Positions 23,103-37,637 of a stretch of 64,000 nucleotides of DNA are shown here, in pieces. This stretch comes from Nymphaea colorata. Lineage: Eukaryota. The position numbers and the translations under genes were made by a program. The notes under the pieces were generated by a model. The model was not told the origin of the DNA, did no database searches, and saw only the letters and a program-made list of their open reading frames with translations. The stretch spans positions 5,580,001-5,644,000 of the forward strand of contig NC_045138.2 of NCBI RefSeq assembly GCF_008831285.2, in the 5' to 3' direction. Within the stretch, counting starts at the first letter, position 1. Every line of letters starts with the position of its first letter.

Positions 23103-26099
23103 ATTCAGATATAACTAATCATGCATTAATGTTATTGAAGCAGTAAAAAAATTAATAAAAATGACAAATCAACTTACAAATTGTGGCCTTTTTGAAAAAA
23201 AAAATTAGTTTTTTATTGGTAGTGCAAAACCTAAAGGTCTTTTTAGCAATATGAAACTTAACGTTAGATGACCTTTTCTTTTAATTATTTTTAAGTATGT
23301 CTTAGAAAAATTTCTAACAAGAAGTTACAAAATAAAAATATCAAATTTAGTAAGGATCATGATAGCTCGATGGAAAGAAATATGGTTAAATAGTTGGCAA
23401 GGTGATGGCACAAGCTAAAATGACAAGAAAATGTTGAAAGTTATAGAAAAATAAACTTATATCACAAAAAGTTATAGAAAAATAAACACGGCTACCAAAA
23501 CTTTTTGGTAGTTAACCATTAGAAAAACTTAAGAGGAGTTTGATTACTTCGGGTCTGAAATCCATAAATCTCATATGAACCTGAAGGTTTTAAAGTCCTA
23601 ATAATTTAAAACCAAACTGTCAAACGTCCGACCAGTATTTTATGTATTTTTTTTTAACTGTCAAAATCTCTCAAGTGTGACGTTAGGAAATTCTCTACAA
23701 ATGGCCGTTGACAATAGCTTTGTGATTTTAGTGCTTTAAGAACAAACAGGAGGGGAAGGTGGTAACGTACCATAGCGATGGCTTTAATTATGGCATCAGT
23801 TTGATTATTTTCCGACAACTGGACGATTTTTAATTCTTTATGAGCACGTCAATCAAGTCCCTCTTCTGGCCGGGGCTATTGGATTCCGGCGATATTGGAT
23901 TCCTTCTGGTGGTGCTCTGCAAGCTTCATCCAGCTTCATTTGAACCCTCTTCATGACCTACATGGCCTTGAGGTGACCACCCACATCTAGCCACCGCAGC
24001 AATGGGATCGTGTCAGAGACGGTGAACGTACCAAGTACATTGACAAACTCATCCAGAGCTTCACTAAAGCAGCTTGAATGCTGCTTCATCTCGACCGGCT
24101 GCGGTAGAAGCGCCGGACAAAGGAGCCGGATGTGCTTGACCAGCTCGAGTTGCCTGACAGCAGCTCGATGGCGACGATCTTGCGGAGTTCACCAAAGTAA
24201 GGTCCATATGGGCTGAATGCGAACATGGCACGATTGTAGCAAGGCGTTTCTGCTCAAGAGACTGAAGAGAGGCCCGTGCTTTTCTAGAAGAGTACTGAGA
24301 GTTCCATAGAGAGGTGTGGTTCCGGTCAGCTGGATGAAGTATCTTAATATTGTGTGTGAGCCCTCTGCTGCGAGCTGGATGAAGTATCTCTGTTCTTCTT
24401 TTTTCAAATATTACATAAGCCCTCTGCTGCGAGCTTGATGGAATCATAGATGTGGTGATGGTATTTGCAGTCTCGGTACTTGGTAGCTACTTTTGTGTGT
24501 ATATAACATAAAACTCTTGTCTGCAATAAAAAGAAACAAACCTCTTAATTTTTTATTAAAAAGTTATTTTCAATAAAATATAACCATCCTCGTATATTTA
24601 TAAAATATATTTTCATATAACACATGCTAACATGTTATGAATCAACTTGTTTTTACACAAAAAATATTGATTTTTCTATTATCAAAATGCTGATGCTATG
24701 ACAACCATTCATTTTTTCTTGTCATAAAAACATTATTAAAACTTAGAAATGGATCAACTTAATATGTATTTCACATCAACATATCCTTAAGATCATATTG
24801 GCACGGTTCTAGTTCAACAAAATACTTTAAACATCATATTTAAAAGGTTTGGTTTTTGTCGGTGACCTATTTGTTTGGTTTATACCAATATTTTACCTAA
24901 CCCAATATATGATAATGTGTTTGTTTGATGATTGGCCTTGGAGATCTTGGCGACCCCACAAGAGATTACCATAGGACAATGATGGAGACCTCCTTCTTAG
25001 GCTTTACCAATAGCATTCTTCCATCGTTTGCACTATGATATTTTGAAGGCCGGTTGAATTGTCATTATCCTATGAATCTGTCGAACAGTCAGACAATATT
25101 AAATGAATGTGCTTTAATTTTTGCGCCATATTCATGAACCAATAACAAACTGGTACTATTACCAAATAGCCTTGTAGATAGTAAAATATTTAGCAGACAT
25201 AAAGCCAACCACAAATGAACTAGATAGACCCGGTTGGGAGGACCACCCTAGTGCAAGTAATAAATATGCACCAAAGAAGAAATAGGAACATTTTAGCCAT
25301 TTTCAAAAAAAGAAAACAAACTCATTGAGAACTTTTTATCTTCCACTTTCCATCTTTTATTTTTGTAGGATTGTTTCTTTTTATAGATAAGGATACTGTA
25401 TTCATTTTTACACCTCACTACACAAAAAAAAAAAACATAAACTGTGTGGTGCATATAGTCGGCATTGCAAAAACACTTGGCAGCCCACCCGTAAAGGGAG
25501 AGAGCAAGAACCAAATTTGCATTAATCAAACACAAACTAAATGGTTGGATAGATTGGATGGTACTTCTTTTGTATGTGAATAGCATTGTTGGATGCTTAC
25601 CGTGAAAATCTTATCTTATTTTATTATCTAGATGAATATTTTGTAAGTGAATAGCATTGTAATTTGTTTTCAGAATAACATTACCTATATTGAAATGGAA
25701 TGTCCATCCATGAGAACTATGCATACAGAAATCACATAGGGGACACTATTGATTACAGAATTATTATTGGTAGTAAAATTTTCTACAGATATTTTTATTG
25801 TTTTTACTCATTTCTTAAAAATGGTAAAATAATTGAGGGAACTGGCCTCCTACCAGCCCCTGCTCCTGCCGTTGCAGCAAACCGTTTGGAAATGAGAGTT
25901 ATTACCTATTTAAACAACCCAAAATGAATTAATTAACATGCAATATCCACAATTTTCTTTTTATCTAACTTTTTAATTTCTTATGACCTCATTCTTCGTT
26001 TCAAATTGCACTGGAAAAATCTGATCACAAAAATGAAATTATGAATCTGCCGTATCATCGAAAATATTATAGCACACTAGAAACAAGTACTATCAATAG

Positions 26100-29032
26100 T
26101 TGCACAACTAGAGGTGGGGAGGGAGACGGGGGCCTCAAAAGGACTCTAAGCAGAGTTGCTTTGGGTAAGGCTAAGTCATGTCCCTCGGTCATGTCAACCG
26201 GCTCATCCATGGGCGTAGACCATTCAAAGCACCGTAGCAAGCGTGCCAAAGTTAAGTGAATAACTTGCATGGCCATCCGCCAGTCGATGTAGAACCTCTT
26301 TCCGGACCCAAATGGCAAGAACACAAAGTCCTGACCACTAAAGCTGGTCATCTCATTGCCGTTGCTCAAGAACCTCTCTGGCTTCAACTCTTTTGGGTCC
26401 ATCCACAATGTCGGGTTGTGATGAATCTTCCACGAGTTAACAAACAGGGTTGAGTCAACCGACATGTCGAACCCACCAAGTTGAATGGGTTCCATTGATT
26501 GTGTGGGAGCAAAAGCAGTGTCGTTAGGTATAGGCGCATTGACTCTTTGACTATGGCCTAGAAGTAAGGCAAGTTGTTGATGTCTTATTCGTCCACTTGT
26601 TGGTCTTTGCTCACATGGTAGTCCAATTCATCTTGGGCTTTCTTTAAGATATGTGGTGTTGTGAAGAGAGAGAGGGAGAGAGAGCCCACTCAAGTGTGAT
26701 TGGTTATCAGAGGAAGTAAAGGGCCATCAGTAAAGTCCCTTTTGTGTAAGAAAAACAAACACTAGATTTTTACCAGTATGTGAAAAAGAAGAATTTGAGA
26801 TCCTTGGTTAATATCCAAACCATATTTGATGTCCGACGGGAGGGGGTGTGACGTAAAGTATGTGGATTTGAGATTCACAATGATCCCAAATCACCGCAAA
26901 TTTCCGATCCAAGGCAATCAAACGCCTTTTAAATATAAAATTAGATGGGGGTCTGATATTAAACCTATAGGTCTCAAATCATGAGGATCCATGGTTCTCA
27001 AATCTTGAGGATTTAAAATCAAAGAGAACCAAACGTCCTTATTCAAACCCATTAATTTAAGATCAGATTTTTTTTTTCGTGGGTGGTGGAGAGAGGGAGG
27101 AAGGGGTATCCGATCTTAAATTCATGGATTTGAGATCCTAAGGATATCAGATCAGAGAGGATTTCAAATCCACGGTGCAATAAACGCAACCTGTATGTTT
27201 TTCACTTTTTTTTACGGACTTATATATATATATATATATATATAATCAAAGGTTAATTGGATCGGTTCTGGTTTCAAAAGAAAAACTCAAAATCCAAGTC
27301 TAATTCGGATCCATAAAGTTGAAATCTGGGATGCTTGGGTCCAACCCAAATTTGATCTGTCGATGAGGTTCAAAAAAGTTTGTTGGTTTGTAAAGTCCTT
27401 AAATTGTTAACTTAAAAGAATGAATTACCATGGAGATGGAAGAAAGATGCGAAAAAATATCGCAAATTTTTGAAAATATGTTAAAATTTTGATCATAATA
27501 GAAACTGCAGCTAACCTGCTCATATCGACAAAATATACCAAAGTTTTTTTTTAATCGATATAATAGAAAAGGTGCAGAAGATTATCCAGTGCTTGTAAAA
27601 TCTATAAAAATTCAATCTGTTAAGTCAGTTAACAATATTTAGTGTTCAAGTAGAGTGTAGTTGGTTGGACTGACAGATTGTTGATTGTCAGTTTGATTCG
27701 TGTAGGAGCATCTTAAGGACCAAAAACAACCTTGAACCTTGAAGGCAATGGAAAGAGGGGAAAGTTTGGGCTTTTCTTGCTAAATTGACAAGTAAATTAA
27801 TTGTATTTAGGTTTAATTTCCTTCAAAATCATTATAACGCTAACAAAAAAAAAATTTAAATTGTTTTAAGTATATAGATAGAAAACAAAGTCATTTAGAT
27901 ATAACTAATCATGCATTAGGGTTATCGAAGCAGTAAAAAAATAATACAAATTAACAAATCAACTTATAAAATGTGGCCTTTTTGAAAAAAAAAAGTTTTT
28001 TATTAGTAGTGCAAAGCCTAAGGGTATTTTTAGCAATATGAAAGTTCAGGTTAAGTGTCTTTTTCTTTTAATTATTTTTAAGGATGTCTTAGAAAATTTT
28101 CTAAAAAAAAGTTACAAAATAAAAATATGAAATTTTGTAAGGATGATGAGAGCTAGATGGAAAAAATCTGGTTAAATAGTTGGCAAGGTGATGGCACAAG
28201 CTAAAATGACAAGAAAATGGTGAAAGTTATAAAAAAATAACTTAAATCACAAAAAGAAGCAAACATCAAAGTCGGTTAGTAAGAAAAATCCAAAATATTA
28301 AATAGACATGGCGACCAAACTTTTTGATAATTAACAATTAGAAAAACTAAAGATGAGTCTGATTACTTCGGGTCTGAAATCCATAAATCTCACATAAACC
28401 TGACGTGGTATGTGACAAAAGAATCTGAAATCCAAACTGTCAAACGCAATGTTATGTATTTTTTTTTTTACTGCCAAAATCTCTCAAGTTTGACGTTAGG
28501 AAATTCCTTGCAAATGGCGGTTGACAATAGCTTAGCGATTTTAGTGCTTTCTTTACTTCAGAACAAACAAGAGGAAAAGAGGGAGAGGTGGTAACGTACC
28601 ATAGCGGTGGCCGTCTTCTAATTCTTTAATGAGCACGTCAATCAAGTATCTCTTCTCGCTGGCGCATTGGATTTCTTCCGGCGGTGCTCTGCAAGCCAAG
28701 CCGAGGCAACTTCATCCATCTTAAGGTGAACCCTCTTCATGGCTTTGTGGAGAGACGGAGCAGCTCAGCCGGCTCACGGCTGCTGCAACTGCTGTACAGG
28801 CGCCGCACAAAGGAGCCCACCGCGTCGACCCGGATGTGCTTGCTTGACAGCAGCTCTATAGAGAGGTGTGGTTCCGGTCAGCCGGCCAAGGCGTCCGACT
28901 ATTGGACAAGAACGGTTGGGTTGCGGTAGTCGGCATCTTGCTTCTCTTTTCTTTTTTTTTCCAAATATTGCAGATCAAGAAAAGGGCAAGCAGGGCTGCT
29001 AAACCCTCTGCTACCAGCTTGATGGAATCCAT
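26100..29032 (-). pseudogene. CYP82-like pseudogene (copy C')
   Basis: Exon 1 reduced by multiple deletions (29032-28600); exon-2 acceptor deleted; heme motif FGSGKRFYID (Cys lost). Confidence 0.88.
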
Positions 29033-30435
29033 AGATGTGATGATAGTATTTGCAGTCTTGGTGCTCGGTAGCTATGTTTGTATATATATATATATAAACA
29101 CCAAACAGAGCAAAAAAGAAACAAACCTTTCAATTTTTTGGTTAAAACGTTGTTTTAAATAAAATATAACCATCCTAATATATTTATAAAAAATATTTTG
29201 GTATAACACATGCTTTGAACCAACTTGTTTTTATGGGAAAAATGTTGATTTTTTTATTATCAAAATGTAGATGCTATGACAGTCATTCATTTTTTTCTTG
29301 TCATAAAAACACTATTAAAACCTAAAAATGGATCAATCTAATATATATTTCACTTCAACCTATCCTTAAAATCATATTGTTACTGTTTCGTTTTTGTCCT
29401 TGACCTGTTTATACCAATATTTTACGTCAATACGCTCCCCCATTTATTAAAATGAGTTTCTTTGATAATTGGGCCTCAAATCTTGGCGATCCCACAAGAG
29501 ATTACCATTGGACAATGATGGCAACCTTTGTACCATTTCGACCAACTCATGGGCTTGGGCCCTTTGGTTTGACGGATTCCAACCTACCCCTAGCTGTTTC
29601 GGCTTCAACCCTAAAAGGGCTAAGAACCAGAACAACTATTTAGTAATGAACCCATTTATAAACCCTTGAAGATCCCTTACAATTTTCAATACAAGACTAA
29701 ATTTTTGTATACACATAGTTTGAGAAAATTGTACAATCGGTTTCCATTTTAAAGATTTTTATTTTTTTATTTTTTCCTTTTCTAGGTCAAATCTAATTAT
29801 GGGGAAAATGTCAATAAAGCTTTTTTATATTTTTTTCTAGGTCAAACTCCTTCACATATTAAATTTCAGCTCAATTTCATGATATTTTGGACAATAGGGA
29901 AAACAATCATGAGAAAGAAAATCAAGCCAATAAAGCTTTGGACAATAGAGAAAACAATAATGAGACAGAAAATCTAGACTGTAAAGTTCTGTGAGTGTTT
30001 AGAGTGGGGTAAGAGCTTAATTAATGAGCTCCTCTCCTGCATGACATGTGGACCGTGGCGGTGGCCAGTGGGGCCATCTCCGTGCCTCTAGTGGGCCGTG
30101 GGGCCACGCGTCTAATACTGATGAGGGGATACATCAAGTTCCCACAACGCACAAGCATTCAATATGTCTCGCCAAGTTGTACAATTTTCCAACAATGTAC
30201 AATTTTAATATGATTAATAAAAACTTTTGAATTCTACAACAATAGAAAATTCCTCGTTTAGCAACTCAAGAACTCCACCCAATAGTTTTAAGGGGCATAA
30301 TATAGCTAGTCGGACGAGTAGATGCTTAGAAGACATGTCGTTCGGTTCCCATGAGTGGTACACTCTTGGGATGTAAAAGTTTGAATCGCAACCCTCAAAT
30401 TGAAGGGTTTAGTGGACCCCACCTAGGTCCAACAT

Positions 30436-30858
30436 TAGGGATGTCAATATATCCGATTTGAATCGGATATCTGACCGATCCGATCCAAAAAATAGGATAT
30501 GAAAAAAAAAATATCCGATTAAGAAATTGGATAGGATTCAGATTTGATAAAGGGCATCCGATCGGATTCAGATATACATAAATATCCAATCGGATTCAGA
30601 TACAGATTCAAATCAGATTCATTTTTAGACAAATATCTAATATCTAATGCTATTAAATTTTGAAAATTGGCAAAATCCTGTTCAAAATTTGGATTCGGAT
30701 TCAGATATAAATATAGTCCGAATTGTAAAATCGGATTTCAGATTCAGATTCGAATATCATTTTTCTTTATTCGAATTCAAATCCGAACATATGAATGTCT
30801 GAAAAAACAGATATGATTAAGGATATATCGATCCGAATCCGATCAGTTGACATCTCTA
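30436..30858. mobile_element. hAT-type MITE (423 bp)
   Basis: TIRs TAGGGATGTCAA / TTGACATCTCTA; 8-bp flanks TCCAACAT / TCCGGCAT; internal ATCCGA/TCGGAT subterminal repeats. Confidence 0.8.
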
Positions 30859-31010
30859 TCCGGCATAACCTGTCAGGAGGAATACTTCTTCGGGTAGTGG
30901 TTGTTAATCTCCTACTTACCCAAAAAAAAAACTGCACCAAATAGTTTAGCAACATTGAGATATTTTGATGGCAAACTGATCCAATTTTATGGCTGCTTTA
31001 AGGGTGCACC

Positions 31011-31423
31011 TAGGAATGTAAGTTAATCCAATTCAAACTGGATATATTACTGATCTCCTTCATAAAATTGGATATGGAAAAAAAAAAATCTAATGACCAA
31101 ATTATATTGGATTTATGAAATGATATCCGAACGGATTCAGCTTTAAAAAAAAATATTCGATCAGATCCACAGCTGTATTTATATTCATTTGGATAAATAT
31201 CACATATCTAATATCGATCCATTTTGATAGTCAGTTCTTTAACATATTGAAAATGCAGTTTGGATTTGGTTTCAAAGATGGTTTCAGATTGGGCTTGTGA
31301 ATTTAAAAATCATATTCAAACCATATTTGGATTGCTAATTCGGATGTCATATGATTTTTTTATTTGCAATTATATCTGCATTCAAATCCCAAAATGAGAG
31401 CATTCATTGACATTACATTCCTA
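31011..31423. mobile_element. Degenerate hAT-type MITE, related family
   Basis: Perfect 11-bp TIR TAGGAATGTAA / TTACATTCCTA; flanks GTGCACC / GTGCAAC. Confidence 0.65.
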
Positions 31424-33213
31424 GTGCAACAACTTTTAATTAATTTTTATTCAGATCTTTCATATTTTTGTTAAAAACTGACTTTTCAATATCTTTGACC
31501 AATTCCATTAAATTGGTAGGTCGGCCAACTCAATTAATCAATAGCCGTGAAAATTGGTTTAGAAATTGAATTTCACAACATTGTTAGGAATTACACTGGA
31601 AGGAAAAGTAAAAAGACTTTTCTCATATGGCTCAGCTATGATTTTTTCCTTATAAGCACAAAATAAAAAAAAAAAAACTTTTAGTTAGACAAGCCAAATA
31701 TATTTTCCAAATTTTCTACATTAACCCAATTAATTTTTTTCAAATTACACCCAATATATTATTTTCTATTTTTTGGGGAAGAGGATGGGTGCAAAGTGAA
31801 TTTCGCCCATCGTCGAGCCGGATTATGAAAAAAATAGTCATGCTAATTCCAAAGCAAAGTCCTATACAAGCTGAATTGGCATCAGCATCAATGCTGACAA
31901 AGTTGGTCTGAATAGACCGACAATTATTAAATTGACGGCAATTTTATGAAAATTTTAAAATATTTTAAGATTTTCTGGAATTTGAATTTTTAATATATTT
32001 TTATTTTTGACAAAAAAGGAGGAAAATAATAACTTTGATAACTTATAAATATTAAGATTTTTTAGGAAAAGTGAACAACCACACTTTTGTAATTTATTTC
32101 GTACAAAGGGTGTGTGCGAGCAATTTAAGAATTACTGCGGCTGTGTGGAGTCCACCAATTATTAGTTCATGTACAATATAATACCATGCATCCATTCATT
32201 GTTTTTTTCTAAATGTTTGGAATAATTCAGCATGTTGGCACCTCGTACAGCAACCAGCTGACTGGATTTTCTAAAAATTTATCCAGTCAATTCAACTTTA
32301 TAATACTCTGTCTAGACTTTTGGGGAAATTAATTGATAGAAAATTTTACACTGAGAGGCCAAGCTTTCCACATTATTTTGAAAAACTGTAGATATCATTT
32401 TTTATTTGACATCAACTATCAACGCTCCTCAAGGCACTTTGTTATATACATCATTTTACCATCGAAAGTGGAATGACATATTGGCTTCAATGGCATACAT
32501 AATAAATAACCTTCTGTAAGCCACATCTATCTCATGCATGTAGATTTAAAAATTGGTTGGAAATGATGTTATTTCTTTGTCTCTTCTTTTTCTGTTTTGT
32601 CTTGTCAACTTGAGAACTTCTGTTTGATTTCTTTCGTGTAACTTATTCCATTGACTGAGTTTTAACAAATTGTAAAAATTTCGTGTAATTAAATTTTTAG
32701 GGTGTGAAGCTACTGGTAAAGCTTTGCTTCAAATTGAAGCTTGGCAGTAAACAAATGGGTGGATCTGATTTGAGGGTTTTGTCATTTTTTGTTGTTTCTT
32801 CTGTTTGAACTTTATAAAAAAAAAACAGTTGGTCCAATTTAAGCCCCAAGTAGAAATATCTCATACTCAACTGTATTATATTAAGTTTATATAGTTGTGA
32901 TGGCAGTTTGATTTATTGTAATAGACAATTGAACAAAAATAATTTAAAAAAAAAAGTGAAATAATACTATTATGTGACGAAAATGTTTATCACTCATTGA
33001 CTCTATATATATACAGTTGAGGGGCACAACACAGTTGGTTGGGCTGATATTGGTTGGGCTGATACGCATGCAGATCGCATTGTCGTCAATTGTTTTTTGA
33101 GTCAAAGGCGGTGCGTGGCCCCCTGCTAAAGGTGTTCTGTTAATATATTAGATTTAGGTCAGATATCCAGCTGAATATTTTTGAAAAAATAGGATACAGG
33201 CAAAAAAATAATA

Positions 33214-34700
33214 TCTGCAACAACACGATCATTATTATCTTCATTTTTTCTATCTTATTTTTTACTATTTATATTTTCTCCCAACAATTGAAAGCAATAT
33301 TTTTTGATGTACCACTTCTTACTGCGGTTAAGACATAACATATTCTTGAAACTTGACCTTGATTTGCTTCCATTTTTATGTGTACATTTCTCTCTCTTGA
33401 ATTTATTTTTCTCCCTTTTTTTAGTGACAAATTCTAGACTTTTAGATTTTCTTCTCATCTATTCATTTAAAACACCAACCTTAACAAGCTTCATAAAAGT
33501 AATACTATTTGACATAGAGTTAGTGAGTGAGACCCAAAATGTCTCATATGAATCTAGTGGAGTGAGAAAAAACCAAGGTTCAAAAACTACATCTTCAAAT
33601 TTTAGACTCACGTCCAGCAATTGATTAATAAGTCGTTGGAATTCATTCAAGCGATCGACAACAAAATTTCCTTATGCTTAACTTGCATCATCCATATTAT
33701 TGCCGGTCTATGAAGCATGCAAACTTTCAAGTGAGGACCATAATGTCTTCAAATGCTTCTCATGCTGAACGTAATATAGACATTCTCATCAACAAATTAT
33801 CGGATAAAATCTACACCTCCCCTCATGCTCAAACTTTCAATCTTCATTACTGATAGATTCTGGCTTTTGAGTTGTAAATATTAGAAGATGCATAATCTTC
33901 ACAAACAAAAATCCATTCACTTTGTTTTGTGTAGATTATAATTTGTGTCAATCGAACTAATCACCTGACTTGTGGTAATGATGTTTATTCTTGAACCAAA
34001 AGCTTCGATACCATTTACGTTGGGAAAAGCAGGCACAAACCAAATGATGAAGTTTTACAAACAATGGCAATGACTAAAAATACCTGTAAATAAGCATTTT
34101 TATTCTGTGCAAATAAACGAACAATATTTCTTCCACCCGCACTCCCAAATAAAACTTTTATTAATTAAGAGATTTCAGTGGACGGGAACGTAACAACCAA
34201 TGAAATAAAAGCAAACACCAAAAGAAGATAAATACTAATTTTCTACATGGAAATCCCACGAAAAAGTAAGAGATAAATGCCACAAGGTTGAGAGCAATCC
34301 GATAACAAAAAATCGACAGATCACCACAAGGTAGATAGATCTCATGACAAAGTCATCTTTCTCTTGCCCCAATGGTCATAAAAAAGTGAAGAAAAAAGAA
34401 CAATGAAGAACCTCACACAAGAAATTGAAGTTTTCTTTCCCTCTCTATTAATGCCTCTTGTTGCTTCGAGTCAGTGGAGAACATAAAAACCCCAAGCAAT
34501 GAAGAAGAAAACCCCAAGCCAACACTCGCATAAAAACATCCTATCCCCTTTTTCTTCCCTCATCTATTTAAATTTTTGTAATTTCAATCCACAAAATTGT
34601 TGCTTATTTGCATGTTTTCAATGCTTTCCACTCAAGTACGAGTGAAAAAAAAATGCCTTTTCACCTTCCACCTTGGTTTGGAAAGGATCCTCCAAAATGA
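33214..34700 (-). mobile_element. Duplicate of the old copia gag/PBS/LTR fragment at ~15137-16620
   Basis: ORF MNEFQRLINQLLDVSLKFED...YETFWVSLTNS...VKVGVLNE; PBS-like sequence at 34013-34002; near-colinear with 15137-16620. Confidence 0.72.
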
Positions 34701-35349
34701 GGTGATCCAAACTTAGAGTTCTGTTAAAAATCGTTTTATATTACTACTACAAAACTACTTGTTCTCTGCTTTAGTTTTACCTGTCTGCGCTCAAAATTTG
34801 GCCAACGTGTGCCAATTTTATTTGACGATTTCAAGTATGTTACCTTGTTTTCCTTCAAATTTTCTTATTGCTATTCATGCATCAACTTCAAATTTAAAAA
34901 TGCATCACAAGCTGCTTTACCCCACTTCTGTTGCTATTTATTCAGTTTGGGTGAGCAGGAGGGAACCCACCGCTGGGGTGAGAAGTTGAAATCTCTTCAA
35001 CTTGACCCAGATGAACTTATGGTTACTTCCCTAACTCAGAGAGTAGTGTCCATGGTAGTTTCCTGACCAGAAAAGTAGCATCTACAAGAATTCAACGCGC
35101 AATTAAGTAAGATTTTACTGATCCACTAATCCGACCAGCTACACTATGTTCCTTGAAACTCAGTACCTATTCAGACACCCCAACATGATCAATTAACATG
35201 CAACATCTAGAATTTTCCTTTTGTCTAACATTCTAATTTATTTTCACCACATTATTCATTTTGAATTGAACTGGAAAATTTGTTCAAAAAATGAAACCAT
35301 AAACCTGCCATATCATCGGTAATGTTATTGCATACACTAAAAACAAGTA

Positions 35350-36655
35350 ACAAATAGAGGTGGGGAGGGAGGCCTCAAAAGCACTCTAAGCGGAGTTGCT
35401 TTGGGCAGGGCTAGGCCATGTCCCTCGGTCATGTCAACTGGCTCATTCATGGGTGTAAACCATTCAAAGCTCTGCAGCAAGCGTGTCAAAGTTAGGTGAA
35501 GAACTTGCATGGCCATCCACCAGCCAATGCAGATCCTCCTTCCCGATCCAAATGGCAAGAACGCAAAGCCTTGACCACCAAAGCTGGTCATCTCACTGCC
35601 GCTGCTCAAGAACCTCTCTGGCTTGAACTCTTCTGGGTCTGTCCACAATGTCGGGTCGTGATGAATCTTCCATGCGTTAACAAAAAGGTCGAGCCAACCG
35701 GCACATCGAACCCACCAAGTTGAATGGGTTCCATTGACTCGTGTGGGAGCAAAAGTGGTGTCGCTGGGTATAGGCGCATTGACTCTTTGACTATGGCCTG
35801 CAAGTAAGGCAAGTTGTTGATGTCTGATTCGTCCACCTTGTCGGTCTTTGCCCACGTGGCAGTCCAACTCATCTTGGGCCTTCTTTAAGATATGTGGGTT
35901 GTTTAGCAAAAGAGAGAGAGCCCACTCAAGTGTGATTGCTGTGGCCTCCGTCCGGGTGACTACCAAAACCTGGAATAATTCAGGACAATGGAGGTTGGTG
36001 GTAAGTAGATCTATTGCCTTTACTGGTGCCCAGATCCTAGGCTGATCTAATGTCGCTTTTATGTACGCAAACAAACACTAGCTTTTTCCATTATGTGAAA
36101 AAGAAGAATTGAGATCCTTAGTTTATATCCAAAACCATGTCTGATGTCGATAGGAGTAGGGTGTGACATAATGTTTGTGGACCTTTCAGATACAAGACTA
36201 TCAAATGCCCCTTAAATATAAAATACAAGAACATGCCTGGATTAAAATTGGAAGAGGGTCTGATATTAAATCCATAGATCTCAAATCATGAGGATCCATC
36301 GATCTCAAATCTTGAAAATTTAAAATTAGAGAGAATCAAACGTCCTTATGGTTGTGTTTGATAGCATCGGATCTAAGATTCGAGACTACATAAAAAGGTG
36401 TGCTTTGGGATCTCAATTAGCATAAATTTAATTCATACTACATGTTAACAATCATGAATTGGGGAGAGGGGGGGGGTATCGATCTTAAATTCAGATCCTA
36501 GGGATATAAGATCACAAAGGATCTCAAATCCATGGTGCAATAAAGACAACCTATATTTTTTCACTTTATTTATGGACCATATATAAGGTAGTGGATCAAA
36601 GGTTAATTCGATCGGTTTTGATTTCAAAAGAAAATGAAAATCCATGTCTAAATGT
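35350..36655 (-). pseudogene. CYP82-like pseudogene: exon 2 (35969-~35350) and partial intron cut by the gap
   Basis: VTRTEAT, ESMR, PERF, FGSGRRICIG with compensating frameshifts. Confidence 0.85.
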
Positions 36656-36755
36656 NNNNNNNNNNNNNNNNNNNNNNNNNNNNNNNNNNNNNNNNNNNNN
36701 NNNNNNNNNNNNNNNNNNNNNNNNNNNNNNNNNNNNNNNNNNNNNNNNNNNNNNN
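36656..36755. other. Assembly gap of exactly 100 N
   Basis: Direct count. Confidence 0.99.
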
Positions 36756-37307
36756 TAATCTCTTGTGGGGTCGCGCCAAGATCTTGAAGCCCAATTATCA
36801 AAGAACCCCATTTTAATAAATAGGGCACGCATTGACCTAAAATATTGGAATAAACCGGTCAAGACAAAAACCAAACCCATTAAATATGATGTAACAGTAT
36901 GATCTTGAGCTTAGGTTGATGTGAAAATATATATTAAATTGATTCATTTCTAGGTTTTAATAGTGTTTTTATGACAAGAAAAAAATGAATGGCTGTCATA
37001 GCATCTACGTTTCATAATAGAAAAATCAACATTATCAACACATGTGTTATATCAAAGTATTTTTTATATTTAGGATGGTTATTTTATATTCAAAACAACT
37101 TTTTAATGAAAAAATTGAAAGGTTTGTTTCTTTTTTGCTAGCAAGATGCCGATGACTACCGCAAACCAACAGTTCTTGGCCAATAGTTGGACACCTTGGC
37201 CTGCTCACTGGCTACCGTTTCAGAAAAGCACGGGCCTCCATTGTGGTGAGCAGCATGGACCTCGCCAAGGAGTGGTTCACTGTCAATGACTGAGCCTTCG
37301 CCGGTCG

Positions 37308-37628
37308 TGATAGAAAACATGAGAAGGAAGCGACAAGGAAGGGAGCAACTGCAATTTTACGTGGTTCGGCACTTTGACCTACGTCCACAGAAGAAGAAGA
37401 GGCTGCTGTTTTATTTATCCTCACACCCTTACAATCAAAGAGAAAAAAGGGGGTTTTATACATTTCAAAGGGACGATAACCAGGAAGCCGTTATTTGATC
37501 TTTCCATAAAACAGAAAAGATTTTCTTCCTTCTCATCGTGACTTTCCTTCCTTCTCATTGTAACTGCAAAATATTGTTGATCTTGATTTTTTTGGCAGCA
37601 ACAATCTTCTTCCACAAATCTCGCAACA
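37308..37628 (-). repeat. 3' LTR of the Ale-like element
   Basis: Identical to 42578-42898; adjacent PPT. Confidence 0.96.
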
Positions 37629-37637
37629 ATCTCCCCC

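Larger units (their letters stand above)
21061..24447 (-). pseudogene. CYP82-like pseudogene (copy B')
   Basis: Exon 1 remnant 24447-23771 with deletions; exon 2 21662-21061 with a stop and frameshifts; FGSGRRFCVG. Confidence 0.9.

Noticed and set aside
32160..33130. Possible captured gene fragments with acceptor-like sites
   Set aside because: No recognisable protein motif or element termini.
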